Source of the DNA: an uncultured Methanosarcinales archaeon
GTDB taxonomy: Archaea > Nanobdellota > Nanobdellia > Woesearchaeales > JABIAG01
DNA: 64,000 bases
Assembly (NCBI GenBank): GCA_964561995.1
Contig: CAZLQZ010000003.1
Coordinates: forward strand, 5,056-69,055
Direction: 5' to 3'
Shown: positions 17,816 through 32,800 of the stretch, one piece after another
Position numbering within the stretch: position 1 is the first letter of the stretch
How the letters are laid out: each line of letters opens with the position of its first letter
Notes under the pieces: generated by a model
Databases searched by the model: none
What the model was told of the DNA's origin: nothing
What the model saw: the letters and a program-made list of their open reading frames with translations, nothing else
Position numbers and translations under genes: made by a program

Positions 17816-20800
17816 TTTTTAGTCATCCTCTTTAATTTTTTGAATGGTGAAGATCTATTTTTCTTTTCGGGTAGTTGTTTTAAATCTTTAAATACGCCGG
17901 GCCCCGATTTAGGTTTTTCTAATGCTTCTAAATCTTTTTGTAACTTTTTTAATCTTGAAAAGGCATCATCAACATCAGATTTTGGTTTTTTAGTTGACTT
18001 TGCTTTTTTATTTAATTCATCTAAACTTATAAATTTATTACTTTTCTTTTTTCTTTTGGTTCTTTTCTTTTTAGGCTTTGTTTTGGGTTTTATAGGTTTA
18101 GAAATTGTTGATTTTGCTAAAGGTTTGCCACTGATTTTATTTTCAATAGGTTTTGTTTTAGTTAAAGGGGAAAGTTTCTTTTTCAAAGGAGGTAAATTCT
18201 TATTTAAAGATATAACCTTTTTACCCAAAGGAGGTAATTTTTTATTTAAAGGGGGAAGTTTACTCGTTAAAGGGGGCAATTTATTTAATGGTTTTCCAGT
18301 CCTGCCCAAGGGTGGAAAAGAATTTTTTGGTCTAACCCTTGGTGCGGTGGATAGGGAAAGTGGTGGCTTAGCAAAAAATTGCTTATAAGCAAAGAACCCA
18401 CCTACACCTAGAGCTGCCAAAACTAATAAAATTAGTAATAATAAAGGCCAAATTGAACCACCATCAGAAGCATCTAATGGATCTCTTCCAGCAGAAATTT
18501 CATCGCCGTCATTCATATTATCGTCATCACTATCCTCGTTTTTCGGATCAGTATTATATTGACTTTCTTGTAAATTGGTTAGACCATCTTTATCAGGGTC
18601 TAAAAATGCATCTGCGCTATCTCTTGGATCTAAATTAAATCTTATTTCCCAATCATTATCCATACCGTCCCCATCAATATCTTCGTCACACTCATCTCCT
18701 TTTCCATCACCATCTAAATCAGCTTGATTTTCATTAGGAACATTGTCACAGTTATCATTTGAATTCAAGAATCCATCATCATCGGAATCTACATCTTTTT
18801 CAGTACATCTTCCCGAGTCACACAATCCAGATAAACAATCTGCATTTTCAAAACAAACACTTCCTAAAGAACATTGATAGTATGGTAAACAAACTCCGCC
18901 ACAATCTAAATCAGATTCTCCAAAATCTAAATTGCCATTTTCACAAGAGTCCAATTCACAAACACCATTTACTACATCGCAATTCTCAGATTCACAATCT
19001 GAATTCAAATCACATTCTTCATCAATATCACACTTCTTTGAACATGTTCTTCCACAATCTACATCGGTTTCTTTACCATTTTTAATTCCATCACTACAAC
19101 TTGGAGCTAAACATACATTTGAAACGCAATTATCATAAATACAATCACTATCGTTTATACAAACTTTATTGTTGTAACATGAACCACACTGAGGTCCACC
19201 ACAATCTATATCAGTTTCATTACCGTTTTTAATATCATCGTCACATTCGGGAGGAGCTTTAGAATAATCAACAGTAAATTCGTCAGATTCTAAATCATCA
19301 CTTTCTAATCCAACATTATTTACTGCAATAACTTTCAAAACGTATTCAGTATCATTTTCTAAATCATTAACATCAAATCTTCCAGAAGCAATATATAATA
19401 TACCAGATTCAAACTCTACCGTTTCATTAACACACTCTTGCCCTTCTGAAGTCGAGATTTTATCGTCATCTAAGAAATCTTCATCTTCTAAACATTCCTC
19501 AATATCATCAGATTCTGAATCAGTTAATGCAAATTCCAAATAACAATCAAATCTATCATCTTCATCGTCATCAGCACTTCTTAAACAACTAACTAATTTA
19601 TCAACACTTAAATCAACCGAATCTACATCACTATCTATTTCGTCATCTATTGGTTCATCATCCAATTTTTCATAGATTTCCAATTTAAATTTATTTATTC
19701 CTGATTCATTATCATAAGCACTAACAAAATATCTTACTTCTTCATCATAATATGAATATTCTTCATCAACTAGACCCGTAATTTTGACTTGCTTCATTTC
19801 TGGTTCAGTCAAATCAACAATAAAAGAAGATGTTGCAGTTGTTGTATTAAGATTATAAATTCCAAATCTTCTACACATTACATCCAATTGGTAAGAACCA
19901 GTTTCCAAATCAGTAACTGGTCTGTAATGTTCTCTTTGATCAGATATAGTAAGATTGTTTGAAACTGAATTTAATTCAAATTCACAGCTTGCGGGTTTAT
20001 TAGTAGTTACAGCAATTGTTAATGAAGAGTTGCTTAATTTTGCACCATTTACTGGTCTTAAAATAGTTGCTGCAAATTCAGCACCAGGGTCTACTTGAAC
20101 ATCTACTGCACCAGTCCAATTATAACCTGCCTTATCAACACATCTGATTTGTATTGTGTTTACAGTATTATTATTAAGATGCTGTCCAACAACAAATTCT
20201 TGAGATTGTAAACTTTTGTAACTAGTTTCGATATCTTCATCCAAACCAGCAAAGATTTCCCATCCTAAAGAAACATTTCTATAACAAACCATGTTTTTCT
20301 CATCAGTAGTATATGCATACAAAATTCCAGAGTCAGTTGTAACCTTATTCATGTTTAAAGTTACACTCAAAGAATCTATGTCTTTTGTAATTACAAATGT
20401 GGCTGCATGATCAATTCCTTCTGCTTCTCCACCATAATTTTGATCTCTACAGATAACATATAATGGTTGATCAAACAATCCAGTAAATCCAGTTTGGTTA
20501 TGAATTATTTCATTTAATGATGAAAAATCTCTCATTTCAGTGGCATCGAAGTTGGTATCAAAATTAGACCACCTACATTCGGCACTTCTAGAAGTTTCAA
20601 TAACAAAATCTACAGGATCAATTTTAGTGTAACCAAAACTTGGATTAATTAATTTGATTCTAAAATCTTCAATTTCAATTTTAAAATTAAATACTTGTTT
20701 ATTTCCTTTATTTCCATATTGATCAATAGCTTCTATTTCTAAAACATAATCTGCTTCATTTAAATTTTCAAGAACTGAAATTGTAAAATTGTTAGAATTG

Positions 20801-23800
20801 TTATCGGTAATTGAAGTCAATACAATATTATCAGAATCATCTTTAATTACATAATAACTTACATTTACATTTTCTTGATAAATTATTGTCATATTTGGAC
20901 GGAGTTCAGTAAGAATATTTTCTAAAACGTCTGCTGCCGAAAATGGACTTTCGGGTTTGTAACCTTGTTGAATTATATTTACTTCGTCAAGCGAAACAAA
21001 TAAAAATTTATCATCAACATGAATTGCCTGATTCAAAAGTTCTTCTAATTCCTCGGGGTCAGCACTATCAAAAGGAAATGCTTCAATAAATTGATTTACA
21101 TCATTTTCAATGATATTTTGAAATTCTAAAGCTCTTAAATTGGATTTAAAAGACATAATAAGCACTCTTACATCTTCATCCGATTCACTTTTATAAGCTA
21201 AATTTAATGCATTTTCAATTCCAAAATCTTTTGCTTCATCACCTAACCCCACAATATCATACTCTTCATAAGTATAACCAATAATTTCTGAATTGATTTT
21301 GTCAATTAAATCTTTAATTTTACTTGTATAAGATAATTCTACAAATTCAGGTCCATCAGTATCAACCAAGAAATTACCTTTATATGTTCCGACATTGTTT
21401 GATATAACGCCAGTAGCGTTTATTTCATACTCATAATTTCCATCTGACGGAACTGTGAAGCTAAAATTAAATTCTACATAAGTTGCAGAAGCTGCATTTG
21501 CATCATGACTATATCCATCAATAAGTAATTCAGAATCTTTTACTTCTTTATCTGAAAATGCAGCAATTTCAATATCTTTAGAAGTTAAAACATTATCATT
21601 AACTGAATCGATAGTAATAACTGGCAAAGAATCATCAATAGTAAATTCAATTGAATTAGTTGGACCTTTACCACCTAAAATATTTATTAAAGTAATATTT
21701 AAAGTATAAGTTCCATTAGGAATCACTCCGAAATCCGATAAAGAAACTTTACTTAATTCTGAATTGATTTCAATAGTTCCATCGTTACATTTTGAATCAT
21801 CATTGCATAAAACTACATTAGTTTCATTATACACAATAAATTCTGCCTTGTTTACTTCAACTTCAGAATCAAATTTAGCAGAAACCTCAAATAATTTACC
21901 ATATTCCCCGTAATTTTCAGGAACTCTTAATTTGTTATCTAATACAACAGGTAAATTAGTGGTAAAATTAACAACGACACTTGATTGAGCAACATTACCT
22001 ACTTCATCAGCAACCTCCACTGTAATAACATTAATTCCTTTTTGAACTAGTTGAGCAGTTGTTGTATGTTCGCCATCTAAAGCAAATAGTTCTTCAGTTA
22101 AAATGTTATTAATAAATATCTTTGCTGTAACGTCTTCAAAAACTTCATATTTAAGTTCAGGATAAGTATTAGTTAAATACGGTCTTAAATTATCATAAGG
22201 TGTAATTATTCTTGCAGGGTCTACAGTTGTATCAACTTCAAAACTAACTACTTCATAAACGTCCGATATTTTTGGATCAAAAGGAAAACAAGATATTGAA
22301 AAGGGATAAATTCCATCTTTTAAATCAACAATAGAATTAGAAAGGTATGAAAATTGCAATTCATGATTTTTAAGATTATCATTTTCAGATTCCAATCTTA
22401 AAGTAACTTCTCCACTCGAATTAATTAAATATCCACCATCGAAATGAACATCACAAACTGCATCCCAATAAGTTTTAACTAATAATTTAGGTGTTGCATC
22501 TGCGGTTTTACCATTAGGTTTAATACTAACAATTTGTAATTCTAAATCAGTATCTACTGTTAAATTAACTTCTTGTTCAACGAAATTACCTGCACGGTCT
22601 AAACAATTAACAAAATAAGTATAATTACCATCCCCCACTCTGAACTCATCAGTTGAAAAAGTTGTTCCAAAGTCTTGTCCTAAAGAAGTGTAAACTGCTT
22701 CATCTTTTTCTTTATATTTACATTTAATTTCATCAAGAGAACTAACAGTTAAACGAGTTTTATTAATTTCATACAGCAAGTAATCATTAACTTCAACTTT
22801 AAATGCATTTTCAAATTCTGAACTAAAAACAGGTTCATTAAAATCAACAACAAGTTCTAATTGTGTTGTTTTATTATTACCAAATAAATCTTTACATGAT
22901 ACATCTAAACTATTACTTCCTTCAATTAGTTCTTCAACCATAGTATGATTAAATATAGTATCATTTTCTTTATTCATTGACATTTTATCATTATCAAAGT
23001 AAGAGACATAACATTCAGTACTTGGTTCGTGAGTTATGATTTTAAATGTAGCAAGGAGTTTATTTGTATATCCAGGATTTATATTTTGAGGGAAAAATAA
23101 TACTTTTGGGCCGTCTTTATCGGTAATCATGTTAATCAAATAGGATTTATCATTTCCTACATCATCTTGAATTGTAACATAAAGTACGTTTGATGTTTCA
23201 GCATTTTCCTCTTCTTCTAAAGTAACACCATTAATATCAAATTCAACATCATTACCACGTATAATTACATCATAACTGTCATCAGTATTGTCTAAGTAAG
23301 AAGATAAAATTATAGATGCATCAGTATCATCTTTATTATATCGCCCAAAGATATTAACTAATGAAGAATTTGTTCTAAATGCATAATCGTGAGTTTGTGA
23401 ATCTGCAGTCATAATTACACCATCATTACCAGTAACATCAATAAATGTGATTTCGGGAGTTGAATTGTCCACAAATATCGACCTATTAAATGAGTCTGAA
23501 ACTCTTCTTGAAGAATCATTTGCATAAATCTCAATTATGTGTTGTCCAGGCTCAAGATTAAATTCAATATCGTCGTCTTCGCCAAATTTGTAAATGCCAA
23601 AACCCTCACTATCTGTTTGAATATATTCTGCTATTTTTGTTGTAAATAATAAATTGTCAACTAAAACAGACAATGTTTTGATTCCATCACTTCCAACAGA
23701 ATAATCTTTTAATCTTCCCTTTAAACTAATTTTTTGATATTTTGATCTGATGTTATCCATGCTTTGGGTACTATCATAAACATCAGAAACTACAATGCTA

Positions 23801-26800
23801 TTTTTTACCAAAGGTACATCTGCATCCAATTTAAGACTGTATATTTCAGGAGTAGAATTGTCTACAAAGAATGAATAAGTGGAAGGAATTTCTGAATCAA
23901 CAAATAATATTTCTCTTACTGAGATTAAAATTTCACAATGTGAACATTTCCATTCTTCTTTAGGTGTTAAATTAAATAATCTTTTACCATCTCCAGTATC
24001 TGCAATAGTAATATTGACAATGAAATCATCTTGATTCATTAAAACTTCATCACCGCCATATTCTCTTACTTCGATAGGAGTTTTTATTGCATCTGTAAAT
24101 CCTAATTCTAAATCACTATCTTTTTTATCTTCAGCATCATTAAACTTAACAAACAAAGACTCTTTATCACTTTGAGTATATTCTGGTGCAAAAGTCCAAT
24201 CTGTATCATCACCTAAACTCCAACCAACAACACCGGGCATGCTTGTATCAAAACCAAAAGCTAATTTAAAAGGAGTTGGGAAAGGACTAAGTAAGAATTG
24301 GTCTTTTTCATTAACAGATGCTTTATTTCCAAAATCATCTTCTACACTATAATATATAAAATATATTGAATCTTCCCATCTTGAAGGACTTTCTAAGTCT
24401 AATGCATAGAATTGGAAAGTTGCTTCTGTTAAAGATTCAGCATTAGGATTTATTTCCCAAGTTTCATTTTCTTCTACAGTTGGACTCCAAGTATATTTGT
24501 AAAGTATAAATGTTCCATTATTAATTCCTGCATTATCTTTAAATGTTAAAGTAAATGGGTCATCAACATTACTTAAATATTGATTATGTTCATTAATTAT
24601 TGAATCATATAAAGGGCGACTTTGCATTTTTAATATTGAAGGGCCTTTCCAATCATTAATAAAAATAATTGTTTCTGAAGAAATGGAATTACCTGCTAAA
24701 TCTGTAACATTGAAAATAAAAGTTTTATTTACTTCTAAATTTTCAAGTTTTTCAATATTAAAACTATAATATAAAGAATCATTTATTTCTGATTTTCTTT
24801 CGTAGGTATTGTCATGGTCTTTTTCATTTAAAGTAATTAATGAAAATTCATTTACGCTAATGTTTATTTCTAGTTCAAAATTGTCTGGAACATGATAATA
24901 ATAAAGTATGCTTCCGCTTCTTTCTATTGGTTGACCGGGATATTCGGGATGAAATTCAGAATAAGTTGTTGGTACTATTTCTTCAATTTCTGGATCAATA
25001 GTGTCTAATGTAATGTTTAAAACAAAAGGATTTTCCATTTCATTATCTAAATCATCTTTAGCAATAAGTGTGATTTCTTCTAGGTCCCCTTCTTCTAATT
25101 CTAAATTTAATGTGATATTGTATGACAAATTCTTTCCAACTTGAACAAAAGATTCATGCTGTAATGGAAGATTTATTTCTGAATCAAAATAAGTTAATTT
25201 TACGTCGCTTAATTCATCAAGATTTTCAGCAATGTCGATTTGTAAACACATCAAACCACTTTCTTGAGTGTAATAAGAATTGCCAAGTCTACTGATTTCA
25301 GTTAATGGTGAACCACAACTTCCCAAACTTAAAATCATATCGTTGACAATTGGAGGTTGGTCATCTAAAGTTAAATTAACTCCATCAATTGGAACTCCGC
25401 AATCATTCGAAGTAAAACATTCATAATTTTTGGAATCAGTTAATTTTCCCGAACATTCAATATTAATTGTATTAACAACATTTTCAAAGAAATCATTTTT
25501 ATCTAAAGATGCTTTGTAAACGCCACCAGATTCAAATAATTCTTTTGCTCTTCCAACTATAGGTACGTTATCTTGATAAGATAATGTTTTTCTAGATTTG
25601 GTTATTCCAGTTTGGGAATTTTTAACAATATAAGAACACTTAATTGGATCTTGATCTTCGGAATATTTCCCACCAGGAACATTTGTTCCAATAATCAAAT
25701 CATAATTATCAAAATTTGGAACCCTTGAATTGTTTTCAGGTTGAATAAATGAAAAATTAAGTTTCGGATTAGATTGATAATTAAAACTTCCTTGAATTGT
25801 ATTTTCTTTACCATAATAATTTTTACAAATGATTGTTAAATCTGCATTATAATTTTTACCAACTTCTAAATCATTAGCAATTTCTTCAGACATAGAAACT
25901 TTTTTAGGTACAACTAAATCAAATAATTTATCTTCATAAGTTACTATATTTTTGCTTGGATTGTTTTGTGTAAAATTATAATTACATTTAACTTTTATAT
26001 TTTCTTGAGTATAAACTTCCATAGTAAAAGTTTCAGTCAAAAAGGACTGAGTTGTAATTATGGGAGAGAGTTCTAAGGGACTTTTTAATGTATAATCATC
26101 ATTATTAAGATATAATGGCCTAAATTCATAAATTTCATTTTCAAGTTCATCAACACAAGTAAAATGTAAATATTGCTGAGTTGCTAATGACAAAAATTCA
26201 ATTGAATGATTATAACCAAAAACATTATCATCTTCATTTGATGCTTGATTTCCAGAATTAGCCGGTTTTTCATTAGTATATTGATTACTAACCCAACACT
26301 TAGCAGGCTCATTTGTTTTAAAATAAATTTCAACATTGTCATTAATAGTATAATAACCCGGACCAAAATAATCATTACTTATTTCTGTATCAAAGTGATA
26401 ATAAGATTCTTTTCCTTCGGTAAAACTATTAGAATGCTCAATAACTGGACCAGCATTATCAATATTCATTTTTGCAAAAGAAAAACCAACATTATTTGCT
26501 AAATCGTTTGCTTGACATACAACAACTATCCTATTTTCTTTACCTGAATCTGGCAATTCAATATCATCTGTTGAAATATCAAAAGCATCAGAATAATCAT
26601 TAACTCCATTATTCATATAGGGTGTCCAATTATAAGAATAGTTGTTATAATTAACTTCTGACACATCTTCAAAAATTTTGTATATTATATTTTGACAATC
26701 TGTATCATCACTACATTCACAACTAAAGTTTGCAATTATGCCGTCACCAATCCATTTGAATTTAAGAGGTGCTAAAGTATCATTTAATTTTGCATCAATT

Positions 26801-29800
26801 ACAGGTTCAACATTATCAATAATAACTTCAAAATCTTTAGTAATTACATTAGTTGATTTATCTTCCATCATTAATTGTAACATTATTTTTTCATAAGAAT
26901 AAAGAGTTGTATCAAACTTAAATCTAATTTGGGGACTTTTTATTTTTCCAGGAGTTAGTAATTTTGGCGAATCTATTTCTTCACTGTAATAATAAAAATC
27001 AATCTTTTCTTCTGCAAAAGGGAGAGTATCATTTGTTACATTAATTCTGTATGCTCCATAATTATAACCTGCGTGATTTCTAATATCTAAAAAATCAACA
27101 TCTAAACTTAAAATGGGTTTATTATTTCCAATAACTAAACTTTCATCTTCGCCTTCAATAGACTTGATTTGGGGGTTTTCATCATCAGTATGAACAATTG
27201 CATAATGTTCATATTGCTGCCCTTCATCTCCAGAATCACGATTTACATAAATTGAAGAAATATTAATCAAATAATCCTTTCCATTTTCTAACAAATTACC
27301 AGATTTAAAAGAAACATTATATTTGTTTAAACCTTCATAAGTTTCAGGTACATCAAATACTTGTATTTGTGCTTTTTTAATTGTATCTCCACTTATTGCA
27401 GTTACGTTTCTTAATGAAATATTAAACTTGTTATTAGTAGTATATAATTCAATTGTAAAACTAGTTTCGCAATTGGCATTAAGATAAAAGTGTTCAATAT
27501 AAGGCATATCCTTATACTCTTCGGGTTCATACAAATTGTCAACTTTTCTTCCAGAATCTAAAAGATTCATTTCAATATCAAAAGCACAAGGGTCATAATA
27601 AATAGTGTTTAAATAACTTCCAGTTTGAGAATTTCCCACTTTATCTTTTGCTTCAACATTTATATCAAAAGAAACTCTATTTTCAGTTGTTTCATCACAT
27701 TCAAAGAAATCAAAAAAATCAACATTTTCATCAGTTAACAATTCACTATTAATACCTATATTAAATATGTTACCTTGAGAATTTTTAACAACATAATCTA
27801 ATGACAGTTCTTGAATATAGCCATAATCATTCAAAACGTATTTTAGGTCTGAATCAAAACCAGTAATTGTTAAAAAAATTTTACCTTTTGAAATGGTAAC
27901 TTTAATTGAAGATTTGTTTAATGAATCTACTCCAGAAAATTGTTCAACTAATGTTATACCAATTCCTCTTTCTAATGTTGAATATGCATTATCTAAAGGT
28001 ACAACATTTACTTGCGGACCAATTAAATCAACAAAAAACTCTTTTTGTTCAGTATGATAATTAGCTACATCATCATACAACTTAAAATCATAAACATACC
28101 TTCCCCTTTCATCAAAATCATCAGATTCATTACTAAAAGTAAACAATCCGGGATAGTTATCATAATTATAAAAATTAAATATTTCAGTGTCATTAGTTAA
28201 GAAAACATCAACTGCATCAATTAAAGTAATATGATAATACAATCCAGAAGAACCGTCACATTCACCATTTTCTGCAGAGAAAGAAGCAGGAAGGTCATAT
28301 CCATAAAGTTTTAAGTTTATAGGACCATTAACTGCAATATATTTGTTTTCATAAGTTCGTATTGCTTCTTTATCATTTTCATCAATTAAATCATTAGGAA
28401 TACACAAAAGCAAATTATCGTTTTTTGTTTGTTTCAATATCTTTCTATCTGAAATAGAAAATTCCATTTCTTCATCTAAAGCATAATTAACAATTAAATT
28501 TTCTAAAAAAATAATTTCATTTTTATCTGAAGCAATAACTTCTACAGTGTCATCAGCTGAAACGCCAACAAAATTAATTGTTTGTCCTGAACCATAAAAT
28601 TGTCCATCTGCCGGACTATTCCAATCAATACTTGAAGGGGCAGTCGTATCTAATTTAAAATTAATATCGAAATCAGCAGATAATTGAGAATTTACACTTT
28701 TAACATCAAACAATCTTAAGGTTTTTTCATTACCTGACTCATCTTCTTTAAAGATTTTTAATTCATAAAGTTTAGAATTTTCTCCAGCTTCATTAAGTAA
28801 AAAATTATAATTTTTATCAAATCCATTCAAGATTCCTGCATTTCTAAAAATAGTTTCAACATTTTCGTCAAAAGTTAGATTTATTAAAAATGCATCATGT
28901 AAATCATCTGAATCATAATCACCATAACCTATTTTGTAAGTATCAGTTTGCGAATTATATTGACAATTAGGTTTTATTTCACAATCTATAAAAGTATAGT
29001 TCAATAATACTGCTGGCGTTGAATCATTTACTGAAACATTAAATTTAATTGTATCATTACATACTCCTGCAGCATCACACAATTTTATAAACATAGAATA
29101 ATTTCCAAAAACTAAGAAATCGTAATCATCTTGAGTTAAGTTACCTTCAAAAGTATTTTCATCAATTAAATCTAATTCAAAATCTTTTACATTACTTCCG
29201 TCTTTTACAAATTTAATACTGCTAAAGTTAACCAATTGAGTATATTTTGGATCTGCACCTTTAACAACAAAAGTATAGTTTTGTTTTTTATCTAATGTGA
29301 AATTCTCTTTATTATATGGTAAAACAAATCCATCATCAATTTTAGTAATTGTTATGGGATTTTGTGATTCTGTTTTTTCAATTAATACTGGAGGAATAAA
29401 ATCAACAAAATAAACAGACAAATCAGAACTGGTTTCTTGATTCAAATGGTCTATGGCGTATACCGTTACTAAATTCATACCATGATTTAATTTTATTTTC
29501 CCATTGTAAGTATATTCAGTAGGGAAGTCATTATTAGTTGACAATTCAGTAATAAATACATTACTATCTAAAACCCATTCGGTAGATTCAAAATCGGATT
29601 CTGACTCATAATTTTTAACTTCTACTAAAGCTGCCTTCATACCTTTATCTTCAGAAATAATTACCTCAGCATCAATATTGATTATTTCTAAAGGAACACT
29701 AAGATAAATAGAAAGTTCTTCACTATTTTTTTTTAGTGTTGTACTTTGAATTTCTGGTGCACCCGAATCTAAATTAGATGAAAAATCAAATAATACCTTA

Positions 29801-32800
29801 TTTAAGTTTGAAATACCATCTTGTGCACTTACTTTAACTAGGCCATCGACACTTTCTAAACTAAATACTCCATTATAAGAAGTTGAAGTTGGAGGAATTG
29901 AATCAGAATAAGTAAAAATTTGACAAACATCCAATCCTGCTTCATAAGGATAATTGCTTACATCTGCCAAAGTGATTTTTGAAATTATTTTTTGAGAATA
30001 TAATGGTGCCTTTAATTTATCACCACAATTATTTAAATCGTTAATTTTAAATTCATAATCTTTTTTACCATCAATTGTAAAATTTTCAAACACAAAATTA
30101 GCATACTCATCAACAACCATATTCTCTGAATTAATCAAAATCGATTTATCAATTAATAATCCATTTTCATAAGCTTCAATTGAATAATCGCAACTTGATG
30201 AAGGTTTACTAGCAATCATTAAATCAAAAGAGTGCACTAAATATTCATTATCAAAACTAAGAGTAACATTAATTTCTAGATTAGATGTTGTTATTCCAGA
30301 AGGAATATTATCTATTTTTGCAATTTCATTTCCTGCCAAATGTAATGATTGTCTTGTATCTTTACATTCTAATTTAATTTGAGAAGAAGAAGAAAATGCC
30401 ACATTACTTGTTTTTCTTAAAAATCCATAACTGTCAGTATCTCCATCATTAAAATCATTAAATTCTTCATCATTAATTTCAATTACAATTTCAGGAGAAA
30501 AAGCATCAATAACTAATGTAAAACTTTCATTATCAGAAATAGTCTCACCATTAATTGTTTTTGAACAATTATAATCAACTTGATAAACGCCATTTGGATT
30601 ATCGCCCAAAAGGTCTCCATAATCTATAAAATCACTTTTTAAACAAAAATATCCCTCTTCAAAATATGTATCACTACAACCAGAATCAACATTAACAACT
30701 TCATATTGTTGTGAAGTAAAACCATTTCTAAATGTATAACTACATTCGCTTGGTTCAAATGAAAAACTAGTTGTATAGGATAATAATTTAAAATCTGATC
30801 CTTTTGTTCTTATTCCTGTATCTAAATAATTATGAACTTCATCATCTAAAGAAACTGCCTTAAATAAAGATTTCTCAATTATTGGGTCTTTATCAACTAA
30901 AAAATGGCGTGTTGCAATATCAATGTTACCAGTAACATCCAAGCATCTTAATTTTAAAATATATTCGCCATCTTTTAATCCGGGCACAGAAATTTCCGCT
31001 ATGTCCCCTTCAGAAACTTCAATTCCATCTCTTAAATAATCACTATAAATTAAATAATTAAAACTCTCATCGTACAATTTTTCAAAAGTTTCAGTACAAC
31101 CTCCTCTTGCAGAAGTACTTACCTTATATTGCACATTAAGAGTCATTCCTTGTGCATCTTCATCTAAACTTTGTTCTAAAATATTAATTAATGGAGGAGA
31201 AGTATCAATAGGAAATGATAACTCTTTAACTTTTTCTTTATTAAAATTTTGATCTTCAGTAAAATATCTTACAAACCTTGTTCCAGAAGGAATAGGTAAA
31301 TCACCATCATAAAAATAAGACCTATACTTTTGATTTTCTATTTCAATTGGATCTAAACTAATGGTGGGGTCTAAAGCATAAATAAAATTTTGATTTGACC
31401 AATCATTATCTAAAATGTGTCTATCATAAGTACAATCATTTAGCTCATCTTCTCCAAAACAATAATATAAAATAAAATTAGCCAAATAATATTCATCTAA
31501 ATATTCATCCTGGTCATCAACTTGAATTGTGAATTTCACTTCACTTTCAGACATAAAAGTTGAAGTTTTAAGTTGATCATTTGCAGAAGTACTTTTCTTA
31601 ACTATTTGAACAGAAGTTCTAGGGGGATTTAAATCCTGTTCACATTCAATAAATATTGAATCAAATTGCGGTGAAGGATCTGTTAAAGCACGTCCATAAC
31701 TTCCTTCAATATTATCACAACTACTCTTTCTACAAAATTCTTCAGTCGGAATTTTATCACCATAAAGTGCATCATTTTCAAATCTTCTATCGCTCACATC
31801 CCAATTACAAGCTTCAAAACCACATGAATTATAATATTCAACAGAATCAGCATCCACAAAACCATTACAATCTTCAGCTTCAAAAATCATACATCCTTTT
31901 TTCAAATTAATAATATCTTCACAATCAGAACAAACACTGACTTCATCAGAATCTAATTTTCCACAAGATTCATTATGACCTATTGCTGAACAAACATCTT
32001 TATTACAGCCAGAAAGCAGATCAATTTTATCACATTCAGAACATAAATTTTCATTTTCATCTTTTGAAACACAAATTCCTTCTCCTAAATTAGTTGTTTC
32101 TGGAATAGAAACCCAACTACATCCTGTTTCTTCAGAGCTTTGCAATCCTAAATTACAATGGTCTATTTCACAAGCATATTGAGATTTATATCCTAAACAA
32201 CTATCAATTCTAAGACAACTTCCACAAGAATCGGTTACCCTATTATCAATTGAAGTTATAGAATTTTCATCATCAAGAACATATCTTGAATAATCCAAAT
32301 AACAATAATTAGGATTAGTTGAACTACCTTCACACGTTTTAGCATTGTTTGTTTCCCATGAATAAGTTTTAAAATTGAGTAATCCAAAAAAGTTTGAAAC
32401 TCCAAACAAGTTTCCTGTATAAGAAGTACCAAAAGAACTACATTCATCAGCTTCAACACAATTTGCATTTGGTTTACCATTTTCGTATGAATTTAAACAA
32501 TAAAGGTCATAAGGATCAGAAGGACAATCATTCAATCCCAAAACTTTCAATCCTCCCAAATATTCAAATAAAAACTCACTTCCAAGTTCATAACTTAAAG
32601 TGGATCTACTTTGATCATTACAACTGTATTTTGTTTTTGAATTTAAAGAAGGAATACAAAAATTATCATTCAAAGATAAACCATCACAAATTTTATCGCC
32701 AGAAAATTTGACACTTGTATTTTTAATACCATTACATCCACCAACAGTAACATCATCAGAAATACCACAATTTCCTACTCCTTTTATAATTAATTCATAA

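Noticed and set aside
17804-18388. Plus-strand 194-aa ORF rich in 'KGG' and 'FLFK'
   Set aside because: Antisense reading of the repetitive KLPPL/poly-Lys tail of the giant gene; low complexity produced by the DNA tandem repeats.
18453-19138. Plus-strand His/Asn-rich ORFs (18453..18638, 18759..19085, 18932..19138) inside the giant gene
   Set aside because: Antisense of the Asp/Asn/Cys-rich TSP3 and Cys-module coding region; compositional artefacts with no start context.
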